Notes under the pieces: model-generated
Databases searched by the model: none
The model's input: only the letters and a program-made list of their open reading frames with translations
What the model was told of the DNA's origin: nothing
In this document: one piece after another, positions 1 through 12,100 of the stretch
Numbering within the stretch: position 1 is the stretch's first letter
How the letters are laid out: each line of letters starts with the position of its first letter
Program-made: the position numbers and the translations under genes
Assembly (NCBI GenBank): GCA_012295275.1
Contig: CM022670.1
Location: 41,230,001-41,294,000, forward strand
Source: Chrysomallon squamiferum
Taxonomy: Eukaryota; Animalia; Mollusca
Direction of reading: 5' to 3'
DNA length: 64,000 nt

Positions 1-880
1 TTCTTTTAAATACATTTCTATTAACCAATAATTAAACATATATTTATACATCTGTTAAATATTGCCATCATATTTCTTCTTTTTAAATATAAAAAAAAAA
101 AAAAAAAAAAAAGACATAAAATTTTAATAGTATTGTATTAGGTTTTCTTTTAAATTTAATTTATTATATTTAATATTTGAGTAGATGTGTAAAGTTATAC
201 AGAGGTGTATATTAATATTATGCAATGTTTGACAAAACTGACATTTGTTATTTCAAACAGTACTTGTGTTGATGACAGTTTTATTTAAATAATTGATAAT
301 CTGATGTTTTGTTTTTCAGTAACAGATTTACTTGCTAAAATGTAAACTCAAATAATGTTTTAGTCAGATCACTAGAAAATTAATTAAAATTTTAATAATA
401 ATAATAATAATAATAATAATATTAAAAGTACTATTATATTCCCATTCATTTATATTTATACACATATAATTATTAAGATTAAAAATTCAAATAAAGTGTT
501 AACATTAATTAAAAAAAAATAATAATAATAATAATAAAGTTAAATAAAATTAGTTTTTTGAATTAGATTTTAATTTTACTTGAGATAAAATCAGTAGAAA
601 GGAAACAAAACATAGCTTCTTTAATTATATTCTAAATAAAACATAAAATTGTCATAGAATATGCATGAGTTTTCAAATAAATATTTAAACTATCATATGT
701 TATTAGTATTACCTTTTTTTTAAAAATCTTTTTTATCATTATTAAATGTTTCTTTATTATTATTTAAATTATTTAATGGAAATGAGTTGAATGTTAAACA
801 GAATTTTCACTTTGATGTATAACCAGAATAGTTTAAAATGAAAGCATATATTAATAAAATATTCTGCTTTGTTTTAAAAG

Positions 881-1014
881 CCTCCAAGTTGACCTATGAT
901 GATGGGATTGTTGTTCAGATGGAGTACAGCCCCACCCTGGGGGGGTACTGTCTGGTTTTGTCAAGTGGGAAAGCTCTGTTTGTGATCCCCCCTTCAACAC
1001 GTTCAGAAAAAACG
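881..1014 (+). CDS. RIC1: RIC1 exon (SKLTYDDG...STRSEKT)
   Basis: aaag| acceptor, |gttagt donor; [21 protein letters not shown]; ends phase 0. Confidence 0.85.
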
Positions 1015-4000
1015 GTTAGTTTCATATTTATTACCTACCACTGTTTTAATAAATACCGAGCTGTATGAACATTCTGATTCTACATCATGACTTTTTATAT
1101 TTTATATAAAATAAAGAAAGTCCACTACATCAGAATGACAGTTTTATATTTTATACAAATCACATGACTGAGATATTATTTTTCTGTTTGAAAACTTTAG
1201 TACAAATATTAATTGTTGTTGATGAAAGATAAATTTGTATGCTGTACATGAACTGAATTGCCACTAATACCATTTACATCGATGTAACATAAACAGAATA
1301 ATAAACAGTGTTTAATTGTAATGTTCTGTACGTTACAGCTGTGCTTTTTTTTTTTCAACATTCAATAAAAAGATAATAATATAAAAACACTATATTAAAA
1401 AGATACAGAAATATTTTTTATTGCACATTGAATAAAATCAAGGGTGCATAGTATATTCACTGACTTTTTTAAATGCTTTGATTCAACTCAAGGGTGCTAG
1501 AGTGCACAGTACATACATAGTACAGACTTGTTAGAATGTTTGAGTCATGTGCTGTGTTTAACAGTGTTTATGTAATTTTCAGAGTGCGCATGGAGTGTGG
1601 GCTCAGGAACTGTCCAATGCTACAGCCCTGGCTGTCAATCACAGGTACAGGTTGATGGCTTTCGGCTGTCGCAGGTAAACCTCACCTGTTTAATTATCAG
1701 ACCATTTGTTTAACTTCAGACGTGTTTTAAATAAACTGGAGACTGTCGTAAAAATCATCATTTCTAATTATACGAAAATAGACAAACAAAGAATTTTATA
1801 TTAGTTGTCGCTGTTTTGTTGTCAGATTGAATCTGTATTATTACTATAAAGAAATATCTTTATTATCACTCTATGTACTTCAAAGTAACTCTTTTGTTTG
1901 TAGTTAAACTGTAATAATGAAAATAGTTACCTTTATTATATTGCTAAGTAATAGTTTTATTTTTTGTTGGACTGTATTATAAAAAAAAAATAAATAACTT
2001 TTTTTATATTTTATAAATTACCGTAGTGACAATTTTATTTTGCTAACTTCACTAACATAAAAGAGAGTGGAACATGTGTCTGTACACACCTGTCACTGTG
2101 TGTAACGCTGAGTGTGCTGTTTTCTCTTTCAGTGGTCAGGGTGTTGTGTACATGATCGATGAAGCTGTGGGAGCTCTGGAAATATCACACAAACTAGTCA
2201 TATCAAGTAAAGACTATCCAGGTTAGTCATATCAAGTAAAGACTATCCAGGTTAGTCATATCAAGTAAAGACTATCCAGGTTAGTCATATCAAGTAAATT
2301 TAGTCACACAAACTAGTCATATCAAGTAAAGACTATCCAGGTTAGTCATATCAAGTAACAATTTAGTCACAAACTAGTCATATCAAGTAAAGACTATCCA
2401 GGTTAGTCATATCAAGTAAGAATTTAGTCACACAAACTAGTCATATCAAGTAAAGACTATCCAGGTTGGCCATATCAAGTAACAATTTAGTCACAAACTA
2501 GTCATATCAAGTAAAGACTATCCAGGTTGGCCATATCAAGTAACAATTTAGTCACAAACTAGTCATATCAAGTAAAGACTATCCAGGTTGGCCATATCAA
2601 GTAAAGACTATCCAGGTTAGTCATATCAAGTAACAATTTAGTCACACAAACTAGTCATATCAAGTAAAGACTATCCAGGTTGGCCATATCAAGTAACAAT
2701 TTAGTCACACAAACTAGTCATATCAAGTAAAGACTATCCAGGTTGGCCATATCAAGTAACAATTTAGTCACACAAACTAGTCATATCAAGTAAAGACTAT
2801 CCAGGTTGGCCATATCAAGTAACAATTTAGTCACACAAACTAGTCATATCAAGTAAAGACTATCCAGGTTGGCCATATCAAGTAACAATTTAGTCACACA
2901 AACTAGTCATCAAGTAAAGACTATCCAGGTTAGTCATATCAAGTAAAGACTATCCAGGTTAGTCATATCAAGTACAGACTATCCAGGTTAGTCAGATCAA
3001 GTAAAGACTATCCAGGTTAGTCAGATCAAGTAAAGACTATCCAGGTTAGTCATATCAAGTAAAGACCATCCAGGTTAGTCATATCAAGTAAAGACTATCC
3101 AGGTTAGTCATATCAAGTAAAGACTATCCAGGTTAGTCAGATCAAGTAAAGACTATCCAGGTTAGTCATATCAAGTAAATTTAGTCACACAAACTAGTCA
3201 TATCAAGTAAAGACTATCCAGGTTAGTCATATCAAGTAACAATTTAGTCACAAACTAGTCATATCAAGTAAAGACTATCCAAGTTAGTCATATCAAGTAA
3301 CAATTTAGTCACACAAACTAGTCATATCAAGTAAAGACTATCCAGGTTAGTCATATCAAGTAACAATTTAGTCACACAAACTAGTCATATCAAGTAAAGA
3401 CTATCCAGGTTGGCCATATCAAGTAACAATTTAGTCACAAACTAGTCATATCAAGTAAAGACTATCCAGGTTGGCCATATCAAGTAAAGACTATCCAGGT
3501 TAGTCATATCAAGTAACAATTTAGTCACACAAACTAGTCATATCAAGTAAAGACTATCCAGGTTGGCCATATCAAGTAAAGACTATCCAGGTTAGTCATA
3601 TCAAGTAACAATTTAGTCACACAAACTAGTCATATCAAGTAAAGACTATCCAGGTTGGCCATATCAAGTAACAATTTAGTCAACAAACTATCCAGGACTA
3701 TCCAGGTTAGTCATATCAAGTAACAATTTAAAACTAGTCATATCAAGTAAAGACTATCCAGGTTGGCCATATCAAGTAAAGACTATCCAGGTTAGTCATA
3801 TCAAGTAACAATTTAGTCACACAAACTAGTCATATCAAGTAAAGACTATCCAGGTTGGCCATATCAAGTAAAGACTATCCAGGTTAGTCATATCAAGTAA
3901 CAATTTAGTCACACAAACTAGTCATATCAAGTAAAGACTATCCAGGTTGGCCATATCAAGTAACAATTTAGTCACACAAACTAGTCATATCAAGTAACAA

Positions 4001-7000
4001 TTTAGTCAGATAAACTAATCATACCAAGTAAAGACTATCCAAATTAGTCATATCAAGTAAACATTTAGTCACACGAACTAGCTATATCAAGTGAAGACTA
4101 TGTAAATCACATAAACTAGAAATAACAAATCTAAGCCACTGGTTTGATGTGTTGTTACAACTGTGTTTCAGGTAGCAGACACTAGAAAGTTTAGCAAAAG
4201 GTTTTAAAATAATAAAAAAATCTTGATATAAAACCATTAGTAGCAATATTTCTAAAGTACAGAGTGATATTCACTTCAAATGTTTAGTGAAACCCACCAC
4301 AACTGAATTAAAATGAAGATGTTTAAGTAAGACATTACAGTTTTGTCTAAACATGTTGTTGTAGATGCTGCTCACATCGTTGGTGCTGTGCAGTGTATGA
4401 AGTGGACACCAGATGGCACTGCGCTGGCTCTGTGTTGGAGGAGTGGAGCGTTCTCACTGTGGAGTGTGTTTGGCTCTCTGCTGGTTTCTACTCTAGGAGG
4501 AGACTACAGGTATTAGTTAATAATGTGTGTGGTGCGTGTGTGTGTATGTGTGTGTGTGCATGTGCACGTGTGTACATTTGATGTGTGTTAAATGTCTTAT
4601 ATAATTATTTTTATTTGTTTAAGTCAGTTTATACTGTTATATCATCTTTTCTAGGTATTATTTTTCTTATATTGGTTTCTTTGATAAGTATCAGAATATT
4701 CAAATATGTCACAAGTACATAGATATGGTTTAATTTTCATCTTCATCAATTACAATTAATTATGCATTCTCACCGCAGAACAAATTACTTATACAAACTG
4801 AGTCTATAATAATATCCTGTATTTTTGTTTCTGTTTCTGAAAGTTTTTGTAATTTTGTTATGTCATTTATTTTCAGCATGTCAAATGACAGTCTGAAGTT
4901 GTATCCTTCGCCTATAAAATCAATGGTAGGTGTTAACTGCATTTCAGGAATAACTTGTCAGTGGTTACAGTTACAGAGAAAATGATAATTTAGTTACTGG
5001 GTTACAGTGTCACAAATGTGTACACAGTTGTAGCTTTGGATAACACTTCCATTATTTGGTTTTATTTTGGGAAAAGGGTGTTCTGAATTTTAGCAGTGAT
5101 ATTTTATTATGATTACTATTTCAAGAATAATTAAAGGGATTAGTAGTTCAAGTGATGTCCTATTTGGAAATGCTCTGAAGTGAAGTCATTTTAGTTCTGT
5201 ACTACAGAAGTGGAGTGAGTGATGGCAGAATCGGTTGTCTAGTATTTCTGTTTAGCTGTTACCCACAACTGCCAAAACAACTGACTTATAAAACTCTGTG
5301 AAGTGTGTTGTCTTGTTGGTAGAAAAATTAATGTAAAACTTTTTAAGTGACAAAAGGACAGCCTACTGCATGTTGACAGCATATTTCCTTTTACCTGTGT
5401 GGTACATGATGATGATCCTGATAACATATAATAACACTAGTTTAAAAATATGTTTTAATAAAATGATTTCTTCCTTTCATACAACATGATGAGTTTTGCC
5501 ATTAAATGTTAATGTCTGTTATGTGATTTCAGGAATGGGGGCTGGAGGGGTATCATCTGTGGATGGTTACCTCACACATAGAGGAGGAACAAGACTCGAT
5601 TTATGAACCTTTTGAGATGTCTGAGCTTCTGCAGTTTTACTTCCTCAAAAGTGCTCTGTCTGTCAACCCTTGTATAGTATGTCTACATCATTTAGTTATT
5701 TAATGTTTACAGTTTTATTTCTAGAAATGTTTCTGTCAACCCTTGTATAGTATGTCTACATCATTTAGTTATTTAACGTTTACAGTTTTATTTCTAGAAA
5801 TGTTTCTGTCAACCCTTGTATAGTATGTCTACATCATTTAGTTATTTAATTTTTACAGTTTTATTTCTTGAAAAATGTTTATGTCAACCCTTGTATAGTA
5901 TTTCTTAATTTAGTTAATTTTATTTGTGTTTTGTGAGTTTTAGTTTCTAGAATACATTTAGTGTCATCCCTTGTATATATGTCTAAATGAAGAAGATATT
6001 TAATTATGTTTATAAAATGAAGAAGATAGTAAATTTTATTTCTATAAACGTTTCTGAAGATAGTGAATTGTATGTGTACAAAATTTAGTTAATTTACATG
6101 TATAAAGTTTTATTTCTAGAAATTGTAATGCGTTTACAGTTAAAGATAGTGAATTGTATGTCTATATCATTTAAGAAGATTTAATTTCTACAGTTTTATT
6201 TCTAGAAAACTGTATGTCAACACAGAATAAGATAATGTTTTGTATCATTTAAAGTTAAGAAGATTTCTAATTTTATTTCTTTATAAAGTTAAGTCTAGTG
6301 AACTGTATATATATAAAATAGAAGATAATTAACTGTAATTTTAAAGTTAAGTTTTAGTGAATTGTAAAGTTTATATAGTAATAATGTATCACTGAACTGT
6401 GTATGTTTATAAAGTTAAAAAGATAGTGAATTGTATGTGTATACAGTTAAGAAGATAGTAAATGGTATGTGTATACAGTTAAGAAGATAGTGAATTGTAT
6501 GTGTATACAGTTAAGAAGATAGTGAATGGTATGTGTATACAGTTAAGAAGATAGTGAACTGTATGTGTATACAGTTAAGAAGAAAGTAAATGGTATGTGT
6601 ATACAGTTAAGAAGATAGTAAACTGTATGTGTATAAAGTTAAAAAGATAGTGAATTGTATGTGTATACAGTTAAGAAGATAGTAAATGGTATGTGTATAC
6701 AGTTAAGAAGAAAGTAAATGGTATGTGTATACTGTTAAGAAGATAGTGAACTGTATGTGTATACAGTTAAGAAGATAGTGAACTGGTATGTGTATAAAAT
6801 TAAGAAGATAGTAAATTGTATGTGCATACAGTTTAGAAGATAGTGAACTGTACATGTATAAAATGAAGAAGATAGTGAACTGTTGTTGCTGTGTTTCAGT
6901 CGAATCATGAACACGTGTTTCTGCAAGGAGAGGACAAGCTGTACATGAGTACCGGTGACACAGTGTACAAATCTTCTAGTCATTCCCAGCACTTCAAGGG

Positions 7001-8428
7001 AAGTAACCCCTGCCTCATCGGAAATGCATTCATAGGTACAAAACAGTGGCAGATAATACCTATATCACACAGTTACCTTGCCAGCAACTGGCCAATCCGA
7101 GTAAGTCATTTTATATATATATATATCTACTAAATTTTATTGTTTAATAGTCTTGCAGTTGTTTTAAGTAACCTTGTTGATCGGGAATTCATATTTCAAA
7201 TATTACTTCTTTATTTCTTCACAGACAAAATTAATTACAAAATAAAAAGTGTATCGACTTGTTCAGAAATAAGGAGCTGCTAACAAATAAACATAAATCT
7301 ATCACAGTCATAAATTCTGTTATTTTTTTATATAAAACTTTAATTTTTTTTGGTGAATTATTTTTCTTAATATATTATTTATGATTTTCTATAATTATCT
7401 GTTATTATTTTGTTACATTTTTATTTTTTATGTAAATTTAGACAAACACTGTGTGTGATTAAATATTAGAACTACTCTGACTGATGTTTTGTGTGTTTGC
7501 AGTATTCTGCGGTGGACAGGGCAGGTCAGTGTGTGGCTGTGGCAGGTAAAACTGGGTTCGCTCACTACGCACTCTTTAACAGAAAGTGGAAGCTGTTTGG
7601 CAATGAAATGCAGGTTAGTTTCTGTTTCTTCAGTTCTACAGCCTCTGATCTTTCTCCATTTGTTTTTAGTATGTGTGATCCCTTACGTAAATGCTTTTAT
7701 CCATAAGGTGTAAACATTTTTTTTTAAAAAGACCCCAATACCTGTAGTTTAATATGTATTTAGTAGGCAAATTGTGACCCATGACATCCAAACAGGTTTT
7801 AGTCATATGGTCAGTTACTGTTCATATACCCTTTATCTAAGATAATAATCCTAAGCTGTTTAGAGCATTTTTATGAACATTGTTATTTGTTGGATGTGAA
7901 AAAGAGCCTCTAATTTGTCCAAACTCATCTGGTTATATGTTTGAAACTAAACTTGATACAGGGATGAATGAGATATCAAAATGAAGTTTATGTAGTCAGG
8001 AATCTGAAAATGTTCAAAATGCCATTACACCAAAACATGACTTTAGACCTCATTCAGTGTGATGGGTCACAGTTCATATCATATATACTGGATTTTATTT
8101 TTGGGTCAGTTTGTCCATATAGTAAAAAAGCAATGTTATTGCTAATTAGAGCTTGCAGGAGAACATTTTGTCAGTTTGTTGTGTATGAAGTAGATTGTGT
8201 TGTTAAGTAAATGTTTGTTGTTTTTCAGGAGCGTGACATGGTTGTGTCTGGAGGAATAACGTGGTGGAAAGATTTTATTTGTCTCGCCTGTTACAACATT
8301 CCTGGGCAGAGAGATGAGGTAAACACCTATCACTATTATCATTATCATTTCTGTCATCATGATTATTACCTTTAATAAGGACGTTAATTTGATTCCTGTT
8401 ATTATTATTATTATTATTATTATTATAA

Positions 8429-8459
<31 letters not shown>

Positions 8460-9120
8460 GTTATTATTTTTATTATTATTATTATTGTTATTATTATTAT
8501 TATTATCATCATCATCATCAACATCATCATTGTTACTTTACTGTTGGTGTTGTTAATTTATGGTTTATTACTAATTAAATTATCTAATTTACATATTTAA
8601 TTTTGAACAGATCAGGTTTTACCCGCGAGGCAGTAAACTTGACAACACATTTTCTCAGGTGGTCAAAGTTCCGTCACAGGTGTTGTTGTTGAACACGTTT
8701 AGAGACATCCTCATTATCTTCTGCATCGACAGCCACGTCATACTCTTCAGTGTCGAGAGGAAAAATACTCATCCAAGTATGTCACTTCCTGTTGTACTAA
8801 AAACTGTCTATTTTTTAAGTTACCTTGATAACTGTGACACTTGTTATTTTGTACACTGTGTTTTAATTTGTGTTCTAAATAGATTTAATTTTATTTATTT
8901 ATTTACCTGCTTATTTATTTATTTTACTTGTAAATTTATTTGTTTATTTATTTACCTACTTATTTATTTTCTTTTATTTATGTATGTATCTATTTATTTA
9001 TTTTACTTGTTCATTTATTTATTTGTTTATTTATTTGTTCATTTATTTACCTATTTATTTATTTATTTATTTATTTACCTACTTCTTTAATTATTTATTT
9101 TCTTGTATTTATTTATGTAT

Positions 9121-9151
<31 letters not shown>

Positions 9152-12100
9152 TCTGTGTGTTTCAGATCCCTCTGTGGTGATAACAAAGATTCAGGAGGTT
9201 TCACTCAACAGCTACATTCCTCATCCTCTGTGTGTGGCTGGTCTCACTCTCACCTCTCTCACATCAGAGTCAGGTAAACACGTTTTCCCAATCTACCCAC
9301 CTCTCCATGATAGATGTCTCAGAATTAGTGTCCGGGTTTAAAAATTAGCTTATTCCAGCACAGGTTAGATCTGTCTGGTTAATCATCTTTACCATGTCTG
9401 TTACACTGTTGATTTTTTTCTCATTCCAACCAAGGTCTCACAAATGGTTTATTCATTTTATTCATATCACAGTTCTCACATAAAATATTTTATTCTGACT
9501 TTTTAAAAAGTAGTATGGGTTTGACAACAGGATAGGTTTTAATCTCAGTAACTAATAGTAAATAAGAGAATTGTCTGTTGCAGGGTCAAGGTCACAACAC
9601 ACCTGGCGAGAGGCGGAGAGCATGTTGTTAAACGTGTCAGGTAAACTGCTCATGTTCCAGCGAGACAGGTCAGGTCCCCAGATCAAAGACAGCAACTACA
9701 AGAAACCTGTGAGTCATTTACTGGTTTGTCTTTGTCACAAACAACCTGTCAGTCTCTTTACTGGTTTGTCTTTGTCACAAATATGTCAGAGTTATTTTTC
9801 TACCTTTGCTTGAATTTTAACAAAGATAAAAATTTTAAAAAGAAATGTTACAGCAATATTTTATTTTCAGCATCTAGCCACTGATTTTCTCTCATTTCTT
9901 GGATTACTCATCTCATTTCTAAATTCTCCTCATTCAGTTTGAATTTTATGACAAATTTATAAATTCCATTAATTTAAAAAAAATCATTAAAAAAAAATCC
10001 TTTATTCAGCCAGTGATTGAATTTCAATTGGATGTTTACAGAAATCTGCGTATACTGTAATTTTTATATTTTTGTAATTTTATTTTAAATATATTTTTGT
10101 TCTAGCTTCCATTCTGTCCCCCGTCTGTTGTGGCTACATCGGTGGAGAACCTGTGGACAACATCTCGAGCTAATCTGGGCAAAATGCAGCTGATGGAAGC
10201 TCTGTGGCTGGGATGTGGAGCTCATGGAATGAAGGTGAGTGTCGTCTTTTCACCTAGATACAGTGTTAGTACTTTACCTTTACTTTGACACCCAGCAGCC
10301 TGTGTGTTTTTCCTGCTACAGTGTCGTTAAACATTCATTTAATGTTAACACTGGGTTAAAGATAAGTATAAGCATTAATATTAAGTTAAGGAAGTAGTAT
10401 AAATGTAAGTTTTAATATTAAGTAAGTAGCAGTAGAAATTATCTGTTTCCCAGTTTATTCAGTGTTCATGCTCAGATGACTTGTTAGTATTTCACTGTCG
10501 ATGAAGTCACAAACACAGTATGAATATTAAGACAAACACAGTATGAATATCACATTAACATGATGAAGTCACAGAATAATAAGTCTTCACTGGATTATTT
10601 CTCATTCCCATGACAGTTTTGTTGACACTGCTCTGTGATTCTGGTAGAATTCACTCCTCACTGTTTCACCTGTTTGTATATTTCCCATTCCTGACACTGC
10701 TTCCTGATTGATGTTTCAAAACTAATTCTATGTTCTTTACTGAAAATATATGGCATCTGTTTGATTTTTATTAACTGTGAGTGTTCAGTCTGTGTGAAGA
10801 GTGCTATAATAGAATCAACTTCATGTTTTCAGGTTTGGTTACCACTGTACCCAAGAAATGAAGCCAAAGCTCACAGTTTTATGTCAAAGAGAATAATGTT
10901 ACCTTTTAAAGTTGACATTTACCCTTTAGGTAAGTTTAACATTCAACTGTACATTTATAATTATTTAACAGCTGTGTATGATTATTATGCAGCTGTTTTA
11001 ATTGTTATTTTATGGCAATGTTTATGATTATTTAATAGCTGTATTTACAGTTATATGACAACTGTGTTTATGATTATTTAACAGTTATGTTTAGGCTGTA
11101 TTTATGATTGTTTCACAGCTGTATTTATGATTATTAATCAGCTGTATTTCTGATTGTTTCACAGCTGTATTTATGATTATTTAACAGCTGTATTTATTAT
11201 TTCAATATTGTACTTATGATTATTTAACAGCTGCATTTATTATTATTTTTACAGCTGTGTTTGTGATTATTTTACAGCTGTGTTTGTGATTGTTTTACAG
11301 CTGTGTTTGTGATTGTTTTACAGCTGTGTTGTTTGAGGATGCTGTGATTCTGGGTGCTGCCTGTGATGCTATTTCTTACACAATCTCAGCAGGAGACGAA
11401 CAGCGTGAAGAACTTCCTCTCTGCACCCTGGAGCGAACGGTAACCATGACTACAGCTTGTTTTAATAATTAATTACAAATTGTTTTTAGTACTTTTGTTT
11501 TGTAGTTTTTTTTTTTTTAACTTTTTATTAAATTATAGTCATTATCATTATTATTATTATTATTTAATTTTAAATTTTTTGAATTAGTTTCTTATTGACT
11601 GATATATTCTCATCTTACTAAATTTTTCTTATAGCCTGTCATGCACATAGTTAAAAATCACACGTGAGGAAAAAAAAATCTTCTGCTTCTGCTGAGGTTA
11701 CTCTTTTTCAGTAGGGAAGCATGTACCAGAGACACTCGTTAATAAATTGTGATAGAAAAATTCCCACAGAAAAGCCTGACAAAGTTATTGCTAATTAACA
11801 ATATACCCTATACTGTTGTAGTAAATATATATTTTTTAAATCATGTAAAAGAAAACACATTTATATTCAGTTTGAAATTTTTTATTTTATTGTACATTTG
11901 TTTTATTTTCAGAGTCAGATATATCTACATCATATTCTGCGCCAGCTGCTGAGGAGAAAGTAAGTATTAGTAACTGATAAAACAGAGTGAAATGTGAAAC
12001 AAATTCTGTTTCTGATAAAACAGAGTGAAATGTGAAACAGATTCTGTTTCTGATAAAACAGAGTGAAATCTGAAACAGGTTCTGTGTTCCTGTGACTCTT

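Noticed and set aside
2185-4119. CRISPR-like array
   Set aside because: No unique spacers and no cas genes; eukaryotic intron, and the unit derives from the adjacent exon.
8777-9165. Hydrophobic F/I/Y/L-rich ORF extensions suggesting a membrane protein
   Set aside because: Read-through of the (ATTT)n intron between two RIC1 exons.
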